Virus record (IMG/VR): IMGVR_UViG_3300010347_002547
Coordinates: 1-39,147 of that record
Length of the DNA: 39,147 nt
From: a virus
Reading direction: 5' to 3' (one strand)
The notes beneath the pieces were generated by a model that was given only the letters and a program-made list of their open reading frames with translations, was not told the DNA's origin and did no database searches. Made by a program: the position numbers and the translations under genes. The stretch's first letter is position 1; each line of letters begins with the position of its first letter. This document shows positions 25,898 through 35,146 of this stretch, piece after piece.

Positions 25898-27013
25898 CTA
25901 GAGATATGCACAAACTGCGAATATGATTGTTGTGGCTTGTTCTCCATTTATATAAAGGTGCCCTGGAACAGAATCACCCCAATATCCAGTATTTAAATTG
26001 AGATAATACGTGGTCTTTGATGCTAGATTAAGGATCTTTTCTTTTGTAGCTGGTGCAACCAACATAATTGCAGAATTGACGTATGACATCACTGTGAATT
26101 CGTTATCAGATTCGTCGTTATTTGTTGTGGATAACGTAGTAGATAACGTGAATTGGGTGGCTGAACTAAAATTTCCGACTTGTGAATCTGAGAAATAATA
26201 AACCCTCCAAACTCCTATGGGTATGGTTAAAGACAGACCGCCAACGTTATACCAAGTTAAAGCGACTGGGTTTAGCTGGTCTTTCAAGTCTGAATTCACT
26301 AATTTTACCGTCCACTTGTCGGGGCTGAGTGGAAAGCCTGCTGGTGCTTTCATCATGCTGTAAAATGGGTTTGTGATTTCATCACCTGAAAGGTTGTAGT
26401 CTGTGCCACCGTAGACTGTTATAGTGGTATCTGGATCAGAGTAATTGACTTTTACAATTATGAAATATTTCGTAGTGGATTGCGTTAACTTGATACGCAT
26501 TCCAGGATAGTATTTTGTGGTTTTATCTCCTTCAATTTTGAATGTGAACGTTGGATCGTCTTCTTCATCATATGTCCATGTCTCACCTGCAGGTATCCAG
26601 CCATCAATCGGTACACAGCCATTTATACCTAAAACATTTTTTGTTTCAGCTAAAGTTTTCTTAGTGAACGTTCCTGAACCAGAAGCTACTAAAAAATCAT
26701 TTTCAGCGGTGGCTAGTGAATGAGGAATATATCGATACAGGATGTTTCTGGTAAAGACATTCGGGAGTCCTTGTGGAGCGGCATACATACTGTAATAGTG
26801 AGATGTTATAGTGTCATTTGTAAGTGTGTATAATCCACCACCATTAAGATGTAGTAATGTGTCGCCACTACTCAATTCTACTGAGATTATCTCAAAATAT
26901 TTTGTTTGATTGCTTTGTGTGATTGTAACAACCTGATTTTCCCAGTATTTTGAGGTAAGGTCACCATTGATTTTTATAGTTGTTGAATCATAGTATTGCC
27001 ATTCTTCGCTCAT
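25898..27013 (-). CDS. Tail fibre/receptor-binding-like protein with an internally duplicated domain
   Basis: Two ~80-aa copies (W.Y...KI.GD.T.KY...TQS..TKYF.I..V......GG..Y.L....IT...YSM..AP.G.P) plus a beta-rich C-terminal domain. Confidence 0.6.
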   Translation of the reverse strand: MSEEWQYYDSTTIKINGDLTSKYWENQVVTITQSNQTKYFEIISVELSSGDTLLHLNGGGLYTLTNDTITSHYYSMYAAPQGLPNVFTRNILYRYIPHSLATAENDFLVASGSGTFTKKTLAETKNVLGINGCVPIDGWIPAGETWTYDEEDDPTFTFKIEGDKTTKYYPGMRIKLTQSTTKYFIIVKVNYSDPDTTITVYGGTDYNLSGDEITNPFYSMMKAPAGFPLSPDKWTVKLVNSDLKDQLNPVALTWYNVGGLSLTIPIGVWRVYYFSDSQVGNFSSATQFTLSTTLSTTNNDESDNEFTVMSYVNSAIMLVAPATKEKILNLASKTTYYLNLNTGYWGDSVPGHLYINGEQATTIIFAVCAYL

Positions 27014-28200
27014 TCAAACCATCCTCCTTCGCAATGTGGTGGTTCAGGTGGTAGTGGACAACTACATCCATCGTGAGAGCAGAAGCCATCGATTTGTTGA
27101 TTACCATGGTTGTGGACTAGATCCGTTATTTCATCTATTAGGGGGGCTTCTAATGTAATTTTGATTGGAGAATGAAGGATAATTTCTCCAGATTTCATGA
27201 TTCGGACGTAAGCATTGCTCTCAAAATCGTCCATTGACGCCGCAATATCACTTTCGTTTTCCGGAGAGAATACGGCAACGCGCGTTCCTTTGTGCTCTGC
27301 GGTGATTGCGACTTCTTCGTGGACCGAATGTATGTCTATGGAGCCGTCTGGGCTATGGTTGAGATGGCCTTTTTTGGAAGCTTCACATGTTGCTCCGCCT
27401 AACCTGATATGTCCGCAACCTTCTGAATATTCTGAGGATGGATTGCCGCAAGAATTTTCGTTTTCGGATTCGAAACGTAGGTAAGATCCACAACGGCTGT
27501 GCCATTCGGCGCGACTGTTGTATGCTTCCTCAGATTCTGTTTTCGTGGAATATTGTTTGAACCATTGTTCGCTGCAACGAGGTACAGAATCAATAGTCCA
27601 GCAATCTTTGCATGTGGGTTCTGCATCGCCTTTTTGGCAGTCCCAGACAAACATTTGGTCTCGACCTTTGCCGCCAGGTTGGCCGGTAACAGGTCCGTGG
27701 AATAGCTTTTTACAGACCGGCATCTTGCCTTTCGGATGATCTTTGTAGTCATGGTTGTGATCTTGTGTGGGTTCGAGCCACTGACACCATTTCCAGACTT
27801 CGTCGTACATTGCGTCCGCGCAAGTTGGTCCACGCATCACAGGAGCCTGATAAGTTGTGTTAACGGGCCCGAGGATTATAGGCTGTGTATTATAAAGAAA
27901 CAGGACTTGAACGAGGTCGCCGACTCTGGGTGTCCATGGATGGCCGAAACAGTTTCCGACAAAGTCTTGGATGACAATTTCATATTGATGCTCGAGCTTT
28001 TTTGGATCTATCTTTTCTTTGGCATCTCGAATTTTGACTGTGACAGTATTGTAGTATTCTGGGTGATCTGGGCTATGGCATTGAACACCTGGATGACCTC
28101 TTCGATCTACTTTGACTACAGTAGCATATTCCAACTTAAAGATGTTTTGTTGCCAGCGTTGGACGCTATTTCCTAATGAAGTCATTGGCCCGGATGGCAT
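27010..28200 (-). CDS. Baseplate central spike (gpV/gp45-like)
   Basis: OB-fold signature PRVGDLVQVLF, beta-helix-like C-half, HNH (HxH) near the tip; position between hub and gp25. Confidence 0.7.
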   Translation of the reverse strand: MPSGPMTSLGNSVQRWQQNIFKLEYATVVKVDRRGHPGVQCHSPDHPEYYNTVTVKIRDAKEKIDPKKLEHQYEIVIQDFVGNCFGHPWTPRVGDLVQVLFLYNTQPIILGPVNTTYQAPVMRGPTCADAMYDEVWKWCQWLEPTQDHNHDYKDHPKGKMPVCKKLFHGPVTGQPGGKGRDQMFVWDCQKGDAEPTCKDCWTIDSVPRCSEQWFKQYSTKTESEEAYNSRAEWHSRCGSYLRFESENENSCGNPSSEYSEGCGHIRLGGATCEASKKGHLNHSPDGSIDIHSVHEEVAITAEHKGTRVAVFSPENESDIAASMDDFESNAYVRIMKSGEIILHSPIKITLEAPLIDEITDLVHNHGNQQIDGFCSHDGCSCPLPPEPPHCEGGWFE

Positions 28201-28644
28201 TTATTCCACCATCCAAATTGCGTTGCCGAAATAACGGTTTTTCCTGGCAAAAGATCTCAACATGGAATGCGGTACCTTGATGTAAGATTTATTTCGGTCT
28301 TGGTTTTCGACCAGCATCCAGAAGTTACCATCTTTGAATATAGTGTTTCGATGTCGCGACAAAAACAACGATATGAATTCTTCGTCGGAAATTCCGGTGT
28401 CGTTATTGTTGACGGGAAGTTCCCAGGTGGCTGGACGATGTTCGAATACTGGTTTGGGTGACCATTTTCGTTTTGATACGTCTCTGAATTCGTGTGCGAC
28501 TCTGTCAGGTAATTCCGCTAAATCAAAGTTTGAGTAATGGTCATCGGTTAGTTTGGCGCGGACTATATTACCACCTCGATCATATCGGTAGATCCAAGTT
28601 GTAGTTCCGTCGCCATAAAAAGTGTAAGCGTACTTATCACTCAT
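28201..28644 (-). CDS. Hypothetical protein between hub and spike
   Basis: 147 aa; ATGA overlap upstream and its stop abuts the spike ATG. Confidence 0.6.
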   Translation of the reverse strand: MSDKYAYTFYGDGTTTWIYRYDRGGNIVRAKLTDDHYSNFDLAELPDRVAHEFRDVSKRKWSPKPVFEHRPATWELPVNNNDTGISDEEFISLFLSRHRNTIFKDGNFWMLVENQDRNKSYIKVPHSMLRSFARKNRYFGNAIWMVE

Positions 28645-30335
28645 ATCTCGTTTCTCCAGTTGGGGTTTATTGTGTTGTTATTGGCCTCTATAATACTTAT
28701 TTCTTCTTTGTAGTGTTCTATAATTTCTGGTGTAACGTTTTCGGTATAAGACGGTATCTGGTGGCTGGGACCCCATACGCCGGCGATCCACTGACCATTG
28801 CGGAAGACATATTGCCAGATATTGCCTTCAGAATCGGTATATTCATCGGTTGAGGTTATTATTCCTGAAGAATCGATTGTGATTTCATTACCATATTCTG
28901 TGTTGATTCTTGCAACTTCTAAGTGAGATATTATTCCTGAAGAACTGTATTCAACTTCTTTCTTTTTTACTCCGCCATAAATCCAGCGCAGTTCGCCTGT
29001 TATAACATCCGGAACGGTAAAGATAACTATGCTAAGTATTTTTGGAATTTTGTTAGCAACTACTACTTTGATGTCTCTATCAATGTATGCTTTGAAGTTC
29101 TCGTCTTCTAGATCTGCTTCGATGTTGGCTTGTACGGATTGTAAATTAGCATCATGTGTGATATAGGCGGCAGTTTTGGCATATCGATATATGCTTTCGG
29201 TATTTTCTATATGCGCGAAAATTTCATCTTTTACTGGGGTTGGTATGTGGCGCATGGTTTCGTTCATGTCGGTTGTACCGGCTATTACAGTAATGTCGTT
29301 TGCGTGACCGAATATAGTTGATGTGTCGCCTGGATCAATGACATATGGATCTAAAAATACGGTTCCTGTATTGGAATCTGAATCAGTTAGGACTACATAT
29401 ACATTGTCTTCGAAATCATGTCCGAAATAGAAACTTTCTTTGTTGTCTTGGGCGATGCTTCGTAGAGATTCGTTGCCGGACAAATCTGACGGGGTATAAT
29501 CTTGTTTGATTAATTTGGATGCACCATATCTCAAGTCCAGTATTTTTGCATTAGCAGGAGTCTCTGCATTAATTTCATCTATTTTGTCCTGCATTTTGAG
29601 TTCGTAGCCATCTTCTGGTGACCAAGTACTATCATCAAAAGAACCAGCTGCTTCTATCGAAATGCAGCCGAAAGTTACTGTCGCTGTTTCGTTATTGTAT
29701 TTGGCATCCGACATAAAGCCTTGAAAAATCATGTAGGTGTTGGTTTCTACTCCGTGATCAGTGTTAAAGTCAATGGCAGCTTGCGACCATATACGAGTTA
29801 TGCGTGGAGCCCATTCGTAACTAGCTATTTTCTTTCCGTATTTCTGGAAGTTGTTGTTGAGTGTTACTGTGCATGTGGATTGTTCGTTACCTTCGTCGTA
29901 ACCAGATTGTAAGGTAGCTGTGATACTGATAATGTCTTTTGAAACTACGTCACCACCGATTGTTGTATATGTTCTTATGCCTTGTCCGAGTCCGGTATTA
30001 TTACCGCCGCCAGATGATGCGTTTTCTGTTATTGGATCTTCTGGATCTTCGGGTGCTACTGGTTCTGGGGAAGGAACTTCTTTTTTGTCTGGGAGATTGG
30101 CAGTTCCATATGTTAGGAGAGACATCTTGAGGGATGCATCTGGTGTTTCGTCGTTTCTGACAGCTTCTTGATATTGGTCGATTTGGTCATAGAGCTGGTT
30201 GTAACCTTTAGTGTACCAATCGCTCAGTTTGTCGGCGCTTTCTGGTGGAGCTTCTGGCTTGAAGATGCGGATTACTGTTCCAGGATATTCATTGGGGTGA
30301 GCATCCAAATATTCTGGTATTGTCCAGTTAACCAT
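28641..30335 (-). CDS. Baseplate hub (gpD/gp44-like)
   Basis: 564 aa beta-rich; TCTVTLNNN, IFQGFMSD, SLRSIAQD pattern; position after tape measure and tube initiator. Confidence 0.6.
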   Translation of the reverse strand: MVNWTIPEYLDAHPNEYPGTVIRIFKPEAPPESADKLSDWYTKGYNQLYDQIDQYQEAVRNDETPDASLKMSLLTYGTANLPDKKEVPSPEPVAPEDPEDPITENASSGGGNNTGLGQGIRTYTTIGGDVVSKDIISITATLQSGYDEGNEQSTCTVTLNNNFQKYGKKIASYEWAPRITRIWSQAAIDFNTDHGVETNTYMIFQGFMSDAKYNNETATVTFGCISIEAAGSFDDSTWSPEDGYELKMQDKIDEINAETPANAKILDLRYGASKLIKQDYTPSDLSGNESLRSIAQDNKESFYFGHDFEDNVYVVLTDSDSNTGTVFLDPYVIDPGDTSTIFGHANDITVIAGTTDMNETMRHIPTPVKDEIFAHIENTESIYRYAKTAAYITHDANLQSVQANIEADLEDENFKAYIDRDIKVVVANKIPKILSIVIFTVPDVITGELRWIYGGVKKKEVEYSSSGIISHLEVARINTEYGNEITIDSSGIITSTDEYTDSEGNIWQYVFRNGQWIAGVWGPSHQIPSYTENVTPEIIEHYKEEISIIEANNNTINPNWRNEI

Positions 30336-30337
30336 CT

Positions 30338-30736
30338 TCAGTCATTCCTTTCGATTAGTTTCATGTTGCAGGTTAGGTGGTAATCGTCTAAGCCTTCTTC
30401 GGCGTTGGCGGTAAAAGATTGTATGTACATGCTGGCAGATTTGAATGCAGTTTTTACGTCGTACGGTCCGACATTATCAACTAATTTTTGAATTTCTTGT
30501 GCGTCAGAATTAGTGAGTATGACAAATTCTAGATCTAGTTTCCATAATGTTTCTTTGGCAGTTCGGCATGTTTTATGTTTCGGCCACGGTATTTCATGAA
30601 TTTTTATTATGTTTTCTTTAGACCAACTTATCCTTGTTGGATTGGGTCTGCCGGATGGTACAGTTCCATCTGCAGATATAGCAGCTGCTTCTTCATTTAA
30701 GGCATAACTTCCTATCTGAACAGTGAATGTTATAAT
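30338..30736 (-). CDS. Tail tube initiator (gpU-like), probable ATT start
   Basis: Directly after the tape measure gene. GGAGTT-GATC-ATT matches the RBS spacing of neighbouring ATG genes; the called TTG (30742) lies inside the RBS. Confidence 0.55.
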   Translation of the reverse strand: MITFTVQIGSYALNEEAAAISADGTVPSGRPNPTRISWSKENIIKIHEIPWPKHKTCRTAKETLWKLDLEFVILTNSDAQEIQKLVDNVGPYDVKTAFKSASMYIQSFTANAEEGLDDYHLTCNMKLIERND

Positions 30737-30766
30737 GATCAACTCCTTGCTTTTATGTTTGAGTGC

Positions 30767-33184
30767 TTAATAGCTACCATACGTTCTGATACACTTTCCT
30801 ATGATAGATTTGACGGCTCTCTCGAATGCAAAATCGTCTAAGTAGCGACCATTTCCTGTGCCGGTACCAGATGTTTTGTATTCTATGTTAATTGTGATGT
30901 CTTTATTGGTGTTGGTGTTGTTGGCGCCAGAAATTTGGGATATGTTTTCCAGTAAATTTATTAGGTTAGAATCTCTTGCAATTCCAGCCGGAACTATCGG
31001 TTCTCCTGTATCAACCCAAGCCAATCCTGATTGTGTGACTTGTCCACCGATATCGTTTTTCGGAATTCCGAGCCATTCTGCCGGTTTCTTTGCTGCTTCT
31101 GTTAGTGGACTGAAAAATTCGTTTGCTTTTCCTCCCCAGTATTGGAGTCCTGATACGAAATATTGGTCCGCGGCAGCAAATTCTTTTTTCGATTGCTCGT
31201 ATCCGGCTTTATATCCCATGCCAAGATAATCATTGACGTATTCTGAGGGAGATTGTTTTTCTTCTTCAGGTAAGGCTCCAGTTACTGGCTCGTGGTTAGA
31301 CTTAGCATAGGCGCTTTCGATACTCTTTAGATCGATGTCGCTGATTTTGTTTGGATATTTTTTCCTCAGTTCTGGTGCGGTCATCTGGCCGGACGCATAT
31401 TTGTAGAAATCCTCTTTCATTTCTTCTGGTGCGTTCGCGAGCCAGCCATACTGTTCTTTGCTGATTTCGTTGCTAAAAGATACTTTTGTTTCTCCGGTAG
31501 ATTTTATACCTAACTTTTCTAGAATCTTTAAAATCGAATCATATATGTTTTTCAATGGGGTGCCTACGTGATTTATAACAAAATCCCACAAGCCTTTCAG
31601 TGGTGTATAAATATATTTTGTGATCATTCCTATGATGTAGTCTATGAATCCTTCTATGCGTTTGAGTAGATCCTTGATTTCGTTGACGAAATCTATTATT
31701 TTATATAGGGGGACGCCCAATAATTTTGTTATTACGGCAAAGAAGGTTGTTCCGCTGAATACACCTGCTAGTGATTCTTTGATTGAGCCCATCGCGACTT
31801 CTAGTGTGGGTAGTTTGATGCTGGTGAGTTGTTTCCAGGCACCAGCTAAGTCACCACCTAATGCCTTTTTGAAAGCTTCAATTATTGGCTGAAGAATACC
31901 CAACTTATCCGCAATGAGTGCGAGCACACCAATTAGTACGGTTCCAGCTATGATGAATGGTAATAGGGGTGCCAAGGTTGCCCAAATACCAGACGCGAGT
32001 GCCCATGCTCCAGCAGCTGCTCCATGTTCGGCTGTAGCCATTGCAACTGTAGTTGCGGTGTTTGTGACTTTTGCGGCGGTATTTGTACCCAACAATGCAT
32101 TGCTGAGGCCAACCAATATATTATGTGCTCTCAATATAGTCAAGAGTGGAGTAAGCACACCAATTGTAAGACTAACAGCAGATGCCATCGCAAGGAACAT
32201 ACCGAGAAGTCCGATTAGTGCTGGAGCATAGGGTATTTTCAATAGTATTTCAGCAAACCGAGCAACAATGCCAGTAACTGTTACCATTGGTGCAGCTATG
32301 CTGTCTCCAATTGCATATTGTAATTTTTTGATGTTGACTTGTAGTTGTTCCCATGGCCTTTTGTCCAGTTCGGCTTTCATGTCGACTTTGGCGCCTTCTT
32401 GCATCATATATTGTATACGTGCTTTGGCGGATCTCATAGAAGGATCATCGACACTAACACCCATTGCAGTCGCAAATTTGGTGCCAAATCTACCAGACAT
32501 TTTTCCTTCAGTCATGGTAGCGCGTTGTACCAATTGTTCCGCACTATAAATGCCTTGCTCTTGCATCATTTCTTGGTGTTTGAAGTAGAAGTCTGTTATG
32601 GCATCTGCCTGAGCTAACTTTTCTTGACTACCTCCTTTTAGATACTTAGTTGATGCAGTTAGGACGGAATACATTTCTTTTGCGGTGTCTTGTCTGGTAC
32701 CTTCTCCTGCTGCTGCTTGTTGTTCTACAAATGCAGTTAGTTCTTCATATGTGATACCGAGCTTCTTGTTGTTGGTAATGGCTTCTTCTATTCCTTCATT
32801 GTATAATTTGACTTTTGCGCTGTCCATCCATGCAAGACCAGATACGGCGCCACCTAATGTCATGCCCATCAATGCACCGGACATTTCTCTGATGCCCATA
32901 TTAACATCAGATAGCGAAGATTTGAGTGTACCGAGGGCAGAAGATGCTTTAGAGCCGAGATCAGAAAAAGCATTAGTTGCTTTGGAGCCGAAGCTAGTGA
33001 CGGCGCTAGTTGCGTTGTTGGTTGTTGCCGACAGCCTGGTGAAATTATCGGTTGCTTGGCTAGTTCCTATGTTGACCTTTTGTCCAGAAAGTTTATCTAC
33101 TTGACTGGAGACAGCTTGGAGCCTGGCTTCCGGATTTCCAGCAATTTCGACTAGGATTTGTACTGATCTTGCATAGTCAGTAAT
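30767..33184 (-). CDS. Tape measure protein (805 aa), probable ATT start
   Basis: Frame is open for 95 codons upstream of the called ATG 32899 (ITDYARSVQILVEIAGNPEARL...) to ATT 33184, 6 nt after GAGGTGA. Ala/Gly-rich helical protein with hydrophobic segments, downstream of the chaperone. Confidence 0.85.
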   Translation of the reverse strand: MTDYARSVQILVEIAGNPEARLQAVSSQVDKLSGQKVNIGTSQATDNFTRLSATTNNATSAVTSFGSKATNAFSDLGSKASSALGTLKSSLSDVNMGIREMSGALMGMTLGGAVSGLAWMDSAKVKLYNEGIEEAITNNKKLGITYEELTAFVEQQAAAGEGTRQDTAKEMYSVLTASTKYLKGGSQEKLAQADAITDFYFKHQEMMQEQGIYSAEQLVQRATMTEGKMSGRFGTKFATAMGVSVDDPSMRSAKARIQYMMQEGAKVDMKAELDKRPWEQLQVNIKKLQYAIGDSIAAPMVTVTGIVARFAEILLKIPYAPALIGLLGMFLAMASAVSLTIGVLTPLLTILRAHNILVGLSNALLGTNTAAKVTNTATTVAMATAEHGAAAGAWALASGIWATLAPLLPFIIAGTVLIGVLALIADKLGILQPIIEAFKKALGGDLAGAWKQLTSIKLPTLEVAMGSIKESLAGVFSGTTFFAVITKLLGVPLYKIIDFVNEIKDLLKRIEGFIDYIIGMITKYIYTPLKGLWDFVINHVGTPLKNIYDSILKILEKLGIKSTGETKVSFSNEISKEQYGWLANAPEEMKEDFYKYASGQMTAPELRKKYPNKISDIDLKSIESAYAKSNHEPVTGALPEEEKQSPSEYVNDYLGMGYKAGYEQSKKEFAAADQYFVSGLQYWGGKANEFFSPLTEAAKKPAEWLGIPKNDIGGQVTQSGLAWVDTGEPIVPAGIARDSNLINLLENISQISGANNTNTNKDITINIEYKTSGTGTGNGRYLDDFAFERAVKSIIGKCIRTYGSY

Positions 33185-33200
33185 GATTCATCACCTCAAT

Positions 33201-34414
33201 CAGGCAGGAGGCCCCGGCCTTTAGGTCGGGGAGGAATACCGTACGACTCCTACCAAAACATTTATATACCAACAGGTCAAATATGTCTATATTATGATGC
33301 AAACTCTCAAAGTCAAATTAGATACAACGACTGAAGATAGCCGGGCGCTCCTTGAGACTATGCATCAATTTAATGCCGCTTGCAATTACGTGGCTGAGAA
33401 GGCTTTTGAGCTTCATACAGCCAATAAAATCAAATTGCAGAAAATTGTCTATTATAACATTCGTGAGAAATTTGGCATCTCTGCCCAAATGGCTGTTAGG
33501 GCAATCTCTAAGGCGTGCGAAGCCTACAAGAGAGACAAGTCTATCAGACCGGAGTTTAGACCGGATGGCGCTATGGTCTATGATCAACATATTATGTCTT
33601 GGAAGGGACTCGATAGAGTTTCTTTGCTGACACTCAGAGGCAGAATCAAGGTGCCCATCGTTTTGGATAGTTATCATGCTCCGAGACTTAATAATATGAG
33701 AGGCCAAACGGATCTTGTTTATCAGAAAGGAAACTTTTATCTTTGTATCGTGGTAGATGTTTCTGATCCGCCCAAAATAGTTCCTGAGAACGTTCTTGGA
33801 GTAGATCTTGGAATCAAGAATATCGCAGTTGATTCTACTGGTGACGTGTTTTCTGGTGATAAGGTTGAGAGAGTTAGAATCAAAATGGCTAACCTTCGTG
33901 CAGATCTCCAACGTAAAGGCACAAAATCCGCCAAACGTCATCTGAAGAAACTTTCTGGTCATGAAGCACGGTTCAAGAGAGATACTAACCATTGCATTTC
34001 CAAGAAACTTGTCATGAAAGCCACAGACACCTCTTCTTTGATTGCACTTGAAGATCTCAAGTACATTCGTGAGAGGACAACGGTTCAGAAGGCTCAGAGA
34101 CATAGACTTAGTTCTTGGAGTTTTGATCAAATCAGGGAGTTCATTGACTACAAGGCAGCCATTGCTGGTGTTGGTGTGGTCTATATTGACCCCGCTTATA
34201 CCTCTCAGGAATGCCCTATTTGTCATCATATCTCCCGATCCAATCGCCCTAACCGTGATAACTTTCAATGTGTCTGCTGCGGCTTCTCTGGTCCTGCCGA
34301 CACAATAGCAGCCCGAAACATAGCCGCTAGGGTAGCAGTCAATCTGCCTATCGTGACGGGATTCCTCCGGGATTCTCAGTCGCAAGCCCTGCCCTTTAGG
34401 GCAGTGTAGTTGAC
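33201..34414 (+). mobile_element. tnpB-only IS200/IS605 element, antisense to the tail operon; left boundary approximate
   Basis: Left-end hairpin CCCCGGCC-TTTA-GGTCGGGG (33212-33231). Right-end hairpin CTGCCC-TTTA-GGGCAG (34389-34404) then TGTAGTTGAC. Own TATA (TTTATATA near 33262). Confidence 0.85.
33294..34409 (+). CDS. tnpB: IS605-family TnpB RNA-guided nuclease
   Basis: LGVDLG, ALEDL, ADTIAARN; CPIC/CVCC; 371 aa. Confidence 0.95.
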   Translation: MMQTLKVKLDTTTEDSRALLETMHQFNAACNYVAEKAFELHTANKIKLQKIVYYNIREKFGISAQMAVRAISKACEAYKRDKSIRPEFRPDGAMVYDQHIMSWKGLDRVSLLTLRGRIKVPIVLDSYHAPRLNNMRGQTDLVYQKGNFYLCIVVDVSDPPKIVPENVLGVDLGIKNIAVDSTGDVFSGDKVERVRIKMANLRADLQRKGTKSAKRHLKKLSGHEARFKRDTNHCISKKLVMKATDTSSLIALEDLKYIRERTTVQKAQRHRLSSWSFDQIREFIDYKAAIAGVGVVYIDPAYTSQECPICHHISRSNRPNRDNFQCVCCGFSGPADTIAARNIAARVAVNLPIVTGFLRDSQSQALPFRAV

Positions 34415-34427
34415 ACCTTGAAAAAAG

Positions 34428-34724
34428 TTAGGTTGTTTTCTTGTTTTTGTTTGCCTCAATTATGTTCAGCCAGCGTTGCTTTGCGTCGTCGCTACACTTT
34501 TCGTATGTGAAGTTTTCTGGTAATTTACCCTTAACGGTATTAACAAATTCTTTGTGTGAAAGAACTTTGTTCCGTTTGCCGGCTTTTGCCAAATTGATTA
34601 TTTCCTGCATTTTGGCGATAGAGTCTATCTGAATGCGAGTTAGTTTTCCAATTGGCTTATTTGATATTCTGTATCCGGAGTAATGCAGCCAGGTGAGCTT
34701 TTCGCCTTCAGGTCTTTGAAAAAA
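34428..34724 (-). CDS. -1 frame extension of the tail assembly chaperone (gpT-like)
   Basis: Open -1 frame from the slippery heptamer T-TTT-TTC (34724-34718): FFQRPEGEKLTWLHYSGYRISNKPIGKLTRIQIDSIAKMQEIINL... to TAA at 34428. Confidence 0.75.
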   Translation of the reverse strand, partial: FFQRPEGEKLTWLHYSGYRISNKPIGKLTRIQIDSIAKMQEIINLAKAGKRNKVLSHKEFVNTVKGKLPENFTYEKCSDDAKQRWLNIIEANKNKKTT

Positions 34725-35077
34725 TCTATCAGCTCTTTGCTATCGACTGTTGAGATATTAATGATTTCTCGACCGATTTCTATCAGCGCGTTACCGACCA
34801 TGTTTTCGAAGACTTCACGTTTTTGGCCGTCAGCATCTTCTACAATTTCGTGAAGACTCGGATCAACGATACCGTAACGGCAAGCTTCTATCTGCAGGAT
34901 GTAATTGTCGGATAGTTTGGGATCTGTCGTCGAGAAACCTTCATTTTCGACCTTTTTGAATACTTTCGCAATTTCAACTTCGGTTAGTGGTCGGATTTCA
35001 ATATCATCGTCGTATGCGGTGACGTGTACCTTTTTCCGGAATCTAGTTCCTTCCAGAATGAGCTCTTTTGATATCAT
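34640..35077 (-). CDS. Tail assembly chaperone (gpG-like)
   Basis: Between tube and tape measure; IEIRPLTEVE motif; slippery site near its 3' end. Confidence 0.8.
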   Translation of the reverse strand: MISKELILEGTRFRKKVHVTAYDDDIEIRPLTEVEIAKVFKKVENEGFSTTDPKLSDNYILQIEACRYGIVDPSLHEIVEDADGQKREVFENMVGNALIEIGREIINISTVDSKELIDFFKDLKAKSSPGCITPDTEYQISQLEN

Positions 35078-35113
35078 ATTAGGTTTTCCTGACTTTGGTT
35101 TTTGATGTTTTGT

Positions 35114-35135
35114 AAAAACGGAGCGATAAGCTCCG
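35114..35135 (-). terminator. Hairpin plus oligo-T terminator after the tail tube gene
   Basis: Minus strand CGGAGC-TTATC-GCTCCG-TTTTT. Confidence 0.7.
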
Positions 35136-35146
35136 CGTTGTGTTGC

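Noticed and set aside
33318-34385. 355-aa minus-strand ORF
   Set aside because: Antisense shadow of the tnpB gene; no motifs and no RBS.
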